From IMG/VR virus record IMGVR_UViG_3300047369_000650, positions 64,001-128,000 of that record: a stretch of DNA of 64,000 nucleotides; one strand, given 5' to 3'. This DNA is from a virus. This document shows, one piece after another, positions 55,672 to 64,000 of this stretch. Made by a program: the position numbers and the translations under genes. Numbering within the stretch: position 1 is the first letter of the stretch; each line of letters starts with the position of its first letter. The notes beneath the pieces are model-generated. The model searched no databases, was not told where the DNA came from, and saw nothing but the letters and a program-made list of their open reading frames with translations.

Positions 55672-56894
55672 TGCCATTTATACCAAACACCGGAGCTATA
55701 TCATTTAATAATAACATAGAAGATGTATTTGAAGATCAGTCAACTCCTGCAATGAGTTTATCAGAGTTTTATAGAAATGGAACTAATGTTCAAACAGCTA
55801 TATCCGCAACTAATGTTATAACTAATTCTGTAGTTACATCTGGAATCCCTACAAGCGGTCAAATTAGTTTTAGCGATTTTAGAAATCAAGGATTTAATAC
55901 TATACCGGTATCGGCAATATTTGATAGAAGTAATGTTACACTTGGTTCAAATGTTACTTTTACTGTACCAGCCAACGTCACCCAAATATCTGCTGTTTGT
56001 GTAGGCGCTGGAGGCGGCGGAGGAGGTAATTCATCTACTTCATTTACTGGAGCATCTGCAGGCGGTGGGGGCGGTACAGTCTATGGTAATATTTCAGTAT
56101 CTCCAGGTGATACTTTTACTGTAGTGGTCGGCGCGGGTGGTGCTGGCGGAACAAGTTCCGGAGCAGATGGGTCTGATGGTGGTGATACTTATATTCTTGA
56201 CTCGAGTGGTTCTACAAGACTAATTGCATATGGCGGTGAGGGCGGACTAACTGATGTAAACAATAACACTGCAGGTGGTGCCGGTGGTATGAGTGGCGGC
56301 TCTGATAAAACGGGCGGAGGTACTGGTGGCCGCGGCGGTTCTAGTTCAACAGCTATCCCACATAAATCTCCAGGTGGTGGTGGTGCAGGTGGTTATCAGA
56401 GTTCTGGTGGTCGTGGTTGGCATGCGGATGGATCCCCGTCGGCTGGTACTGGCTTTGCAGGTGGTGGTGGGGGTGGCTCAAGAACACAGTCAAGTTCTTC
56501 AAATAATGGGTTTCCAGAAGATTTTCAAGCTGGTGGCGCTACTGGAATATACGGTATGGGTGATGGTGGGCAAGCATTCATCAACTCACCGCTTGGTGTA
56601 CATGTGCAATACTCAAGACACGGAAGCAATTGGAAATCAGCAGCTTTCTTTGCTGGTCCGTTAGGACCATCAAGCGGTGCAGGTTCGATAACTCCACCAA
56701 CTTCTGGTTCAGCTAATCATCCATCATTTAGCGGTCAAGCTGCTTCACCTGGCGGTGGTGGTGCTGGTATTATTCAAAGTACTATTGGTCATGGACAAAA
56801 AGGCGGTGATGGGGCTGTAAGAATTGTTTGGGGCAATCAAAGTAATGGAGCAACAAGGCAATATCCCGATTATGATGATGTATTGGGAGATTAA
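55671..56894 (+). CDS. Glycine-rich adhesin (gp38-like role)
   Basis: Repeated GGGGG tracts; translationally coupled (TAATG) to the S74 fibre. Confidence 0.65.
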   Translation: MPFIPNTGAISFNNNIEDVFEDQSTPAMSLSEFYRNGTNVQTAISATNVITNSVVTSGIPTSGQISFSDFRNQGFNTIPVSAIFDRSNVTLGSNVTFTVPANVTQISAVCVGAGGGGGGNSSTSFTGASAGGGGGTVYGNISVSPGDTFTVVVGAGGAGGTSSGADGSDGGDTYILDSSGSTRLIAYGGEGGLTDVNNNTAGGAGGMSGGSDKTGGGTGGRGGSSSTAIPHKSPGGGGAGGYQSSGGRGWHADGSPSAGTGFAGGGGGGSRTQSSSSNNGFPEDFQAGGATGIYGMGDGGQAFINSPLGVHVQYSRHGSNWKSAAFFAGPLGPSSGAGSITPPTSGSANHPSFSGQAASPGGGGAGIIQSTIGHGQKGGDGAVRIVWGNQSNGATRQYPDYDDVLGD

Positions 56895-56913
56895 AAGTCA
56901 AAAACTTAATTTA

Positions 56914-56921
56914 TATAAATA
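56914..56921 (+). promoter_or_regulatory. T4-type late promoter
   Basis: TATAAATA upstream of the prohead genes. Confidence 0.8.
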
Positions 56922-56943
56922 ATCTAAAATATGGAGAATAATT

Positions 56944-57273
56944 ATGGATGATGAATTAAATAATGTTACAGATGTTTCAGACGAAAACATCGAAAGTCTT
57001 GAAGATATTGATACAGTAGATACATCTGCTGAAGAAGATACAAGTGATGAACCAGAAGTAGAACTAGATCCAATCGAAGCGATGATATCGTCTATTGAGG
57101 ATAAAGATTTTGTAAATTCTTCAAATATTTTTAATAATTTGGTTTCTGATAAATTAGCAGATGCAATTGATAATAAAAGAATTGAATTAGCTAATAGATT
57201 ATATAATAACGCACCTGAAGAAGTAGATGCAGAAGTAGATATGGAAGTAGAAGTAGAAGATGAAATCGTTTAA
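56944..57273 (+). CDS. Acidic prohead core protein (gp67 position)
   Basis: Very acidic 109 aa, between gp20 and gp21. Confidence 0.55.
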   Translation: MDDELNNVTDVSDENIESLEDIDTVDTSAEEDTSDEPEVELDPIEAMISSIEDKDFVNSSNIFNNLVSDKLADAIDNKRIELANRLYNNAPEEVDAEVDMEVEVEDEIV

Positions 57274-57454
57274 AACTTTAAAAGCCAGCTTAGATGAATC
57301 TAAGAAGATGAAAGTTAAAGGCATTGCAATTGAGATTGTAAAGGTCAAAAATAAGTTTCAGGCTAAAGTTGATGGTGACGTTTTAGATACTTATGCTTCG
57401 GAAAAAGAAGCTGAGAAAATGGCGAAAGAATTCGTCAAACAGTATAAAGGATAA
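57260..57454 (+). CDS. Small head-assembly protein (gp68 position)
   Basis: 64 aa, immediately before gp21. Confidence 0.5.
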   Translation: MKSFKTLKASLDESKKMKVKGIAIEIVKVKNKFQAKVDGDVLDTYASEKEAEKMAKEFVKQYKG

Positions 57455-57458
57455 AACT

Positions 57459-58112
57459 ATGAAGCTTATTGCGGAATACAATGATCAAGAACTATCTTAT
57501 GTTACCGAAGAGGTAGATGAGAGTGGTAAGAAAAACTATGTGATCGAAGGTATCTTCGCACAAGCTGAAAGTAAGAATAGAAACGGCAGAATCTACCCTA
57601 GAGGTATTATGGAGTCTGCAGTTCATAAATTTGCGACTGAACAAGTTGCAACTAAGAGAGCGGTTGGAGAGTTAAATCATCCAGAAGGACCAACTGTTAA
57701 CTTAGATAAGGTTTCGCATCGCATTACCGAGATGACTTGGGAAGGTAATAATGTGATGGGGAAAGCGCTTATATTAGATACTCCAATGGGAAACATTGTA
57801 AAAGGTCTCCTCGATGGTGGTGTTCAACTAGGCGTTTCAACTCGTGGTATGGGAAGTCTTGAGAATCGTAATGGGACAATGTATGTAAAGGAAGACTTTA
57901 TGTTAAACACTGTCGACATTGTACAAGATCCATCTGCTCCAGAAGCTTTCGTTAATGGGATTATGGAAGGTGTAGAGTGGGTTTGGAACAATGGTGTTAT
58001 TCAACCTCAAGATATTGAAGAAATTGAGACTGAAATTAAAAAAGCTCCGCGTGCTGATATGCATTTAGTGCAGGAACGTGAGTTTAAGAATTTCCTCTCG
58101 TTGCTCAAATAA
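57459..58112 (+). CDS. gp21: Prohead protease gp21
   Basis: IEGIFAQAE.KNRNGRIYP, GELNHP and GVSTRGMGSL; real start is MKLIAEY at 57459. Confidence 0.95.
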   Translation: MKLIAEYNDQELSYVTEEVDESGKKNYVIEGIFAQAESKNRNGRIYPRGIMESAVHKFATEQVATKRAVGELNHPEGPTVNLDKVSHRITEMTWEGNNVMGKALILDTPMGNIVKGLLDGGVQLGVSTRGMGSLENRNGTMYVKEDFMLNTVDIVQDPSAPEAFVNGIMEGVEWVWNNGVIQPQDIEEIETEIKKAPRADMHLVQEREFKNFLSLLK

Positions 58113-58126
58113 AAGAGGAGTCAAAC

Positions 58127-59179
58127 ATGACTGATCAAATACAAGACCAGGAAGTTGAGCTCGATGAAGCAGCGGAAGTTGTGGACGAAGCTCATGATCC
58201 TAAAAATGCAGAAGCTCAATCAGTCGACAGTGTCGATAAAGCAGCTAAAGCAGTAACAAAACAGGCGCCAATTCCGAAAACAAAAGCGGGAATGGTTAAT
58301 GCTATGTACGGTAAGCTACAAGCAATGAAAAAAGCGGATCTTCAAGCGTCATATAAAACTATGATGGGCGAAGAAGTTGAAATCGAAGATGAGATTGTTG
58401 TCTCAGAACATAAAGAAGACCTTCAAGCACTTATTGCTAACGAAGAGGGTCTTGCGGAAGGTTTCAAAGAAAAAGCCGCTACAATTTTTGAAGCAGCTGT
58501 TAATTCAAAAGTGAATGAAGCAGTAGCTAAGAAAGAAGCTGAACTCGAAGCAACTATTGCTGAAAGAGTAACAGCCCTTGAAGAGCATTATGCAACAGAA
58601 ATTGAAGAAGGTCTCAACGAAACACGTGGAGAGCTTGTTGAGAAAATCGACAGCTATCTAAACTATGTAGTTGAAACTTGGATGGAAGAAAACAAATTGG
58701 CTGTAGAAGCTGGTTTGAGAACAGAGATTGCAGAAACATTCATGAACAATTTGAAAGACTTGTTTACTGAATCTTATATCGAAGTTCCAGAATCCAAAAT
58801 TGATCTTGTGGACGATTTGGTAGAGCAAGTTGAAGAGCTTGAAAGCCAATTGAATTCACAAACAGAGAAAAACATGGAAATGTCAGAATCTGTAAAATCA
58901 ATGAAAAAAGAAGTTTGCATTCGTGAAGCTTCTAAAGACCTAGCAGAAACACAAGTTGAAAAACTTAGAAGTCTTGCTGAAAGTGTTGACTTTACAACCG
59001 AAGAAGATTTTGCTTCAAAAATCTCTACACTTAAAGAATCATATTTTGCTCAGAAACCTGTAGAAACTACAGAAGCACCAGTAGAAATGGTTAATGAAAG
59101 TGTTGTAGAAGAAGAAGCTGATGAAACAGAAATTTCAAGCAACATGGATAAATATCTCTCAGCATTGAGAACATCTTAA
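58127..59179 (+). CDS. gp22: Prohead scaffold gp22
   Basis: KAATIFEAAV, DSYLNYVVETW and MDKYLSAL; acidic coiled coil. Confidence 0.92.
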   Translation: MTDQIQDQEVELDEAAEVVDEAHDPKNAEAQSVDSVDKAAKAVTKQAPIPKTKAGMVNAMYGKLQAMKKADLQASYKTMMGEEVEIEDEIVVSEHKEDLQALIANEEGLAEGFKEKAATIFEAAVNSKVNEAVAKKEAELEATIAERVTALEEHYATEIEEGLNETRGELVEKIDSYLNYVVETWMEENKLAVEAGLRTEIAETFMNNLKDLFTESYIEVPESKIDLVDDLVEQVEELESQLNSQTEKNMEMSESVKSMKKEVCIREASKDLAETQVEKLRSLAESVDFTTEEDFASKISTLKESYFAQKPVETTEAPVEMVNESVVEEEADETEISSNMDKYLSALRTS

Positions 59180-59198
59180 TTTAAGGGGACAAAAGAAA

Positions 59199-60530
59199 AT
59201 GTCTAATACATATAAAAATCTCACAGAGAAATGGGCACCAGTGCTCAACGAAGAATCAGCAGGTAAAATCGATGATTCTTACAGAAAATCAGTAACAGCT
59301 GTAGTTCTTGAGAATCAAGAAAAAGCTCTTGCTGAGCAGCGTCAAGCAGAGCAAGGTTTCTTGTCAGAAAACGCTCCATCAAATAACACCGGTTCAGTAG
59401 GTAACTGGGATCCAATCCTTATCTCACTTGTACGTCGTGCAATGCCAAACATGATGGCTTATGATGTATGTGGTGTGCAGCCAATGACTGGACCAACAGG
59501 CTTGATCTTCGCAATGAAGTCACGCTATGGTGCAGGTGCAACAACCTCAACTGAAGCTCTATATAACGAAGCAAATACTGCTTGGGGCGGAGATTCAACA
59601 GGTGCTAACGGTTCAGCAGGTCCATCAGGTCTTTCTGGTGTAACTGATGCTGCAGCAGATGGTTCACTCGATAATGACCGTGTAGCTAACGGCTTTGCTG
59701 GTGGTATGCCATTAACAGATGGTGAAGCACTTGGTAATACATCATCTACTTTCAACGAAATGGGTTTCACCATTGAAAAAGCAACTGTGTCTGCAAAAAC
59801 ACGTGCGTTGAAAGCAGAGTATAGCCTAGAGCTAGCACAAGACTTGAAAGCAATTCATGGTCTTGATGCAGAATCAGAATTGGCAAATATCTTGTCAACA
59901 GAGATTCTTGCGGAAATCAACCGTGAAGTAATCCGTACAATTAACTCACAAGCTAAGACTGGTGCTGCTACAGCTCAAACCGCTCTTAATGGTGTGTTTG
60001 ATCTTGCAAACGATGCTGATGGCCGTTGGTCAGTAGAGAAGTTTAAAGGTCTTATGGTACAAATCGAGCGTGAAGCAAATACAATTGCTAAAGAAACTCG
60101 TAGAGGCCGCGGTAACTTCATCATCACATCATCAGACGTAGCATCATGCTTGTCTGCAACAGGTATGCTTGATTATGCTCCGGCATTAGCAACTAACCTA
60201 AATGTAGATGATACAGGTAATACTTTTGCTGGTGTTCTTAACGGACGCACAAAAGTATATATCGATCCATATGCAACAACCGATTATGTAACCGTAGGTT
60301 ATAAAGGTACTAATGCATATGACGCCGGTGTATTCTATTGCCCATATGTACCACTAACTATGGTACGTGCCGTAGGTGAGAATGACTTCCAGCCAAAAAT
60401 CGGGTTTAAAACTCGTTACGGCATGGTATCAAACCCATTCGTAGGTGCAAACCCAGCGAGCGGTCTTGCTGCAGCAAAAACCAATCAGTACTACAGAATC
60501 TTCCGTGTGGATAACATCCTTAACGCATAA
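59199..60530 (+). CDS. gp23: Major capsid protein gp23
   Basis: GVQPMTGPTGLIFAM, TRALKAEYSLELAQDLKAIHGLDAE and FQPKIGFKTRYG. Confidence 0.98.
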   Translation: MSNTYKNLTEKWAPVLNEESAGKIDDSYRKSVTAVVLENQEKALAEQRQAEQGFLSENAPSNNTGSVGNWDPILISLVRRAMPNMMAYDVCGVQPMTGPTGLIFAMKSRYGAGATTSTEALYNEANTAWGGDSTGANGSAGPSGLSGVTDAAADGSLDNDRVANGFAGGMPLTDGEALGNTSSTFNEMGFTIEKATVSAKTRALKAEYSLELAQDLKAIHGLDAESELANILSTEILAEINREVIRTINSQAKTGAATAQTALNGVFDLANDADGRWSVEKFKGLMVQIEREANTIAKETRRGRGNFIITSSDVASCLSATGMLDYAPALATNLNVDDTGNTFAGVLNGRTKVYIDPYATTDYVTVGYKGTNAYDAGVFYCPYVPLTMVRAVGENDFQPKIGFKTRYGMVSNPFVGANPASGLAAAKTNQYYRIFRVDNILNA

Positions 60531-60541
60531 GATTTAAATAT

Positions 60542-60598
60542 AAAAAAAGGGAGGGGTTCAACCCTCCCAACTAAGCTCCATTCGTGGGGCTTTTTTTT
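60542..60598. terminator. Back-to-back intrinsic terminators for convergent transcripts
   Basis: A7-GGGAGGG-gttcaa-CCCTCCC (minus-strand terminator), then AAGCTCCA-TTCG-TGGGGCTT-T run (plus-strand terminator). Confidence 0.9.
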
Positions 60599-60947
60599 AT
60601 GCCATCTTATTAGACATTTTCTTTAACCATTGAAACATGATTTTATCTGCCCACTCAGGATTTTTATTTTTTAAGATTTCAAGAGGAGCACCCTCAGGGC
60701 CTTCTTTTTTGCGGGCTTCTACATATTCTTCAATAGTAAAGCTTTTAATTAATTCTTTTAGAAATTTAGCCTTGGTGAAAGGACCGTTATACTTAAACCG
60801 AGCTATGAATAATTCCATTGGCATACCTACACGTGATGGGTGACAGTTAGGAGCAACTTGATCCCAAGTGGGTTGACCTTCATAAGTACCAGTGTACTCA
60901 AGATAACCACCGTGAAAAGTAAATTTAGATTTATCAAACTTAGTCAT
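60597..60947 (-). CDS. Hypothetical early protein inserted antisense between gp23 and gp3
   Basis: Has its own early promoter, GGAG Shine-Dalgarno and terminator. Confidence 0.8.
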   Translation of the reverse strand: MTKFDKSKFTFHGGYLEYTGTYEGQPTWDQVAPNCHPSRVGMPMELFIARFKYNGPFTKAKFLKELIKSFTIEEYVEARKKEGPEGAPLEILKNKNPEWADKIMFQWLKKMSNKMA

Positions 60948-60975
60948 ATCTTTCTCCGATTCTATTTACTCTTAC

Positions 60976-61017
60976 AACATATACTAAAAAACATCACTTG
61001 TAAACCCCTAAAATGCA
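60976..61017 (-). promoter_or_regulatory. Early promoter (minus strand)
   Basis: Minus strand reads tgcattttaGGGGTTTACA-17 nt-TATGTT. Confidence 0.8.
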
Positions 61018-61028
61018 CTTTTTTTCAA

Positions 61029-61036
61029 TATAAATA
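61029..61036 (+). promoter_or_regulatory. T4-type late promoter
   Basis: TATAAATA upstream of gp3. Confidence 0.8.
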
Positions 61037-61060
61037 GATATAACTTCAACGGAGAGGCAT

Positions 61061-61558
61061 ATGGCAGACCTTACTGAAAATTTTAACTTTTTACAGGCTA
61101 GCAACTTTAAGGTTGTTATAGATAGAAAAAAGTATGGTAATTTAGAATTTTTTGCTCAAAGAGTTATCCACCCTGGAGTAACAGTTACTGCACCTATAGT
61201 ACCATTTAAACGTATTCAAAGTATTGCTGTTCCAGGAGATACAATCGGTGTTGATGATTTAGCATTTGATGTATTAGTAGATGAGAATATGACAAGCTAT
61301 ACTGAGGTTTATAATTGGTTAGAAAGTCTTGTAGTCACTCCGTCAAATAATAAAAATAAAATAATAGCAGATGACGAAAACGTTGTTGATATAACATTGT
61401 CTATACTAAGTAGTCATAATAATGTTGTTAAAAAAATTAGATATATAGACTGTGTAGTAACAAACATAGGAACACTATTATTAGAAGCATCTGGTACCGA
61501 AACTCCAGTTATTACCTTTCCGGTAAACTTTAAAATATCATACTTTGAATTAGTATAG
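61061..61558 (+). CDS. gp3: Tail completion/tube terminator gp3-like protein
   Basis: NFLQASNFK, EFFAQRVIHPG and VDENMTSY.EVYNWL; synteny after gp23. Confidence 0.8.
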   Translation: MADLTENFNFLQASNFKVVIDRKKYGNLEFFAQRVIHPGVTVTAPIVPFKRIQSIAVPGDTIGVDDLAFDVLVDENMTSYTEVYNWLESLVVTPSNNKNKIIADDENVVDITLSILSSHNNVVKKIRYIDCVVTNIGTLLLEASGTETPVITFPVNFKISYFELV

Positions 61559-61586
61559 ATACTATTAATATTGAAATTTATTTATT

Positions 61587-62048
61587 ATGGAGATGCACTT
61601 GTTGAATCTTGAAGATATACTTAATGATTGGAAAAAAGACTGTATAATTGATGAAAGCCATTTGGATAAATCATCAATTGATATAGCAAAACTTCACGCA
61701 AAATATTTACAACTTCTTTCTATTTCTAAACTACAGCTAAAAAAGACTGAGTTAAAGCAGAAAATTTTACTCAAAGATAAGTGGTTATATTATAATGATA
61801 AAATGACCCAAGAGCAAATTGAAGAGAAAGGTTGGGAATACGATCCTTTTAACGGAATGAAAGTCATGAAAGGTGATATGAATCACTACTATGATTCCGA
61901 TATAGATATTCAAAAGAGTGAAGAAAGAGTAACTTATTATAAAACCTTAGTTGAAACACTACAAGAAATTGTAACCAATATTAATTGGAAACATCAGACT
62001 ATAGGTAATATCATAAAATGGAAACAATTTGAAGCTGGTGGTTTTTAG
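61587..62048 (+). CDS. uvsY: Recombination mediator UvsY
   Basis: WKKDCIID, LHAKYL, YYDSDIDI and WKHQTIGNIIKW; the start is probably a TTG at 61599 or 61602. Confidence 0.9.
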   Translation: MEMHLLNLEDILNDWKKDCIIDESHLDKSSIDIAKLHAKYLQLLSISKLQLKKTELKQKILLKDKWLYYNDKMTQEQIEEKGWEYDPFNGMKVMKGDMNHYYDSDIDIQKSEERVTYYKTLVETLQEIVTNINWKHQTIGNIIKWKQFEAGGF

Positions 62049-63556
62049 TGGATATAGTTAAAGTACAGAAGAAAGATCATGCTAATATGATTATTGGGTG
62101 CGATTGGGGTATTGCTCAAGAGCTATCTGATTATTTTTCTTTTTTTGTTCCTGGTTATAAATTTATGCCTCTATATAAAAATAAGGTATGGGATGGCAAG
62201 ATAAGATTATTTAATGTGAATAACTGCGAGTTATCATGTGGGCTTATATCTTATGTAAAAGATTTCTGTGAAAAAAGAAATTATCCGTTAGAATATGAAA
62301 AAAGTAAATACGGTTTACCCGAATCATATAATAAAATAGATCCTAATAAGATTATGGAATTTATAAAAAGTCTTGATCTAAAAAGTAAAGGCGAACCTAT
62401 ATCCATAAGAGATTACCAATTTAATGCTATCTGTGAAGGTCTACAAAGAAAAAGATCCATACTATTATCGCCTACGGGTTCGGGTAAATCTTTAATTCTA
62501 TATTGTTTGGCTAAGTATTGGCTTCAGATGCTTACAGATGGATTTAATTATCCTAGAGCAGGTAAGGTTTTAATCATTGTTCCTACAACATCTTTAGTTG
62601 AACAAATGTATGGAGACTTTGCAGATTATGGACAAAATCCTACTGGTATGCATAAAATCTATTCAGGTAAAGATAAAGAATTTGATAGTGCTATCTGTAT
62701 AAGCACATGGCAATCCATTTATAAAATGCCACCCGCTTGGTTTGATCAGTTTGGTATGATTTTAGGTGATGAGTGTCACGGTTTTAAATCCAAATCACTT
62801 ACTAATATTATGAATAAATGTAAACTAGCAGAATATCGCTATGGTACTACTGGCACACTTGATGGAACACAAACGCACCAATTGGTATTAGAGGGTCTTT
62901 TTGGAAAGGTAATGAAAGTTACTACGACTAGAACTTTACAAGATAATCAAACTCTTGCTGATTTAGAAATTCTTATGATTCAACTACAATATAGTGAAGA
63001 GATAAAAAAGCAAATGGTCGGTCTACAATATCAGGATGAAATAGACTACATTGTAAAATATGAACAAAGAAATAAATTTATAAGAAATCTTGCTCTGGAT
63101 CAAAAAGGTAATACTTTAGTTTTATTTCAGTTTGTGGAGAAGCACGGAAAGCCTCTTTTTGAGCTGATAAATAGTAAGGCTAAAGAAGGAAGAAAAGTAT
63201 TTTTTGTAAGTGGTGCTACAGAAACATCTGATAGGGAAGCTATTAGAAAAATAACAGAGGGTCAGAAAGATGCTATCATCGTCGCTAGTCTTGGTACTTT
63301 TAGTACTGGTATTAACATACGGAACTTGCATAATATCATATTTGCTTCTCCGTCAAAATCCCAGATCAAAGTTCTCCAGTCTATTGGGAGGGGATTACGG
63401 AAATCAGAGGATGGAACGACTACTAAACTCTATGATATATCAGATGATTTCCAACACAAATCAAGAAAAAACTATGCACTCCTTCACAGCGAAGAAAGAT
63501 TAAAGATTTATAAAAAAGAAAAGTTTAAATTTAAATTTTACAAGGTTTCAATATGA
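62048..63556 (+). CDS. uvsW: DNA helicase UvsW
   Basis: SPTGSGKS, DECH, GTTGT, STGINI and QSIGRGLR. Confidence 0.96.
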   Translation: MDIVKVQKKDHANMIIGCDWGIAQELSDYFSFFVPGYKFMPLYKNKVWDGKIRLFNVNNCELSCGLISYVKDFCEKRNYPLEYEKSKYGLPESYNKIDPNKIMEFIKSLDLKSKGEPISIRDYQFNAICEGLQRKRSILLSPTGSGKSLILYCLAKYWLQMLTDGFNYPRAGKVLIIVPTTSLVEQMYGDFADYGQNPTGMHKIYSGKDKEFDSAICISTWQSIYKMPPAWFDQFGMILGDECHGFKSKSLTNIMNKCKLAEYRYGTTGTLDGTQTHQLVLEGLFGKVMKVTTTRTLQDNQTLADLEILMIQLQYSEEIKKQMVGLQYQDEIDYIVKYEQRNKFIRNLALDQKGNTLVLFQFVEKHGKPLFELINSKAKEGRKVFFVSGATETSDREAIRKITEGQKDAIIVASLGTFSTGINIRNLHNIIFASPSKSQIKVLQSIGRGLRKSEDGTTTKLYDISDDFQHKSRKNYALLHSEERLKIYKKEKFKFKFYKVSI

Positions 63557-63975
63557 TCGATATAAACAATGTTAAACAATTAAAAATAGCAGACGGTTCT
63601 GAAATTATTTGTGAAATAATGGAAGAGCTTGAAGAAGATATCGTTGTAAGAGGTGCTTTTAGAATAGCCAGAGTAGATTTGGATAACGAAAGAAGTTATT
63701 ATATGTTTAAGCCATGGATGACTTATGTTGAAGAATCAGATCATTTTATAACAATTAATCTATATCATCTAATAGCAGCTACTGTACCATCTAAAGATAT
63801 TTTGGATCAGTATGAGAATGCTATAGAAAAAATCAGTGAAGCGGTATCAGAAAGAAATGATAGTCTTGATGAAATACCAGAAGAAGAAATAAAAGAAAAA
63901 TTAAGTTTAACAAATGATTCAGAAGTTGATAATGTGCTTAAGTTTAATTTTATTGATAAAACTAAGCTTCATTAG
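63553..63975 (+). CDS. Conserved T4-like protein downstream of uvsW (Sm-like fold suggested)
   Basis: KQLKIADGSEIICE and FKPWM; position typical of marine T4-like phages. Confidence 0.6.
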   Translation: MIDINNVKQLKIADGSEIICEIMEELEEDIVVRGAFRIARVDLDNERSYYMFKPWMTYVEESDHFITINLYHLIAATVPSKDILDQYENAIEKISEAVSERNDSLDEIPEEEIKEKLSLTNDSEVDNVLKFNFIDKTKLH

Positions 63976-64000
63976 TATTCCCTATCCTCAACTAACTACT
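63972..64000. repeat. 29-nt intergenic element, copy 2 (runs to the window edge)
   Basis: ttagtattccctatcctcaactaactact; 26/29 identical to 19586-19614. Confidence 0.85.

Noticed and set aside
327-63503. Numerous short antisense or alternate-frame ORFs in the track (e.g. 327-575, 4585-4938, 45830-46030, 56293-56664, 59525-59773)
   Set aside because: They lie inside long, well-supported genes, lack Shine-Dalgarno sites or promoters, and look like shadows of biased codon usage.
43778-63556. Introns or inteins in gp17, gp20, gp23 or UvsW
   Set aside because: All are uninterrupted and of ordinary length, with contiguous motifs.
1-64000. Prophage or host-chromosome junction, integrase, IS element
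   Set aside because: No integrase, transposase, att-like repeat or bacterial housekeeping block; the window is consistent with continuous lytic phage DNA.

Overview
AT-rich segment of a large T4-like myovirus genome, probably marine; the host cannot be determined from this window. No host-chromosome or photosynthesis genes are visible. Layout: (1) 1-19.6 kb, six very large virion fibre/adhesin genes, the first cut by the window edge; (2) 19.7-30.0 kb, an island of about 15 genes for glycosyltransferases, SAM methyltransferases, a ParB-like/nucleotidyltransferase fusion, a HAD phosphatase and a class I fructose-bisphosphate aldolase; (3) 30-38.4 kb, small early genes behind a repeated AGGGGTTTACA-N17-TAnnnT promoter, five tRNAs, a candidate structured ncRNA, a nuclease, a lipase plus lipoprotein amidase pair and an RNase H-like gene; (4) 38.4-64 kb, a displaced fibre paralog followed by the T4 morphogenesis core (gp13-gp20, an inserted gp37/gp38-like fibre-adhesin pair, gp21-gp23, gp3, UvsY, UvsW). 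Leading hypotheses: a D-S-[A/D] motif saturates virion fibre proteins next to a cytoplasmic glycosylation island (possible phage-encoded virion O-glycosylation); an orphan antisense early promoter's predicted transcript begins with a 29-nt element that recurs 44 kb away (candidate sRNA); a multi-hairpin RNA follows the tRNA cluster; a family of fibre tips shares one docking module; and one fibre carries an amicyanin-type copper-ligand motif. All family assignments come from motif recognition by eye, not database searches.
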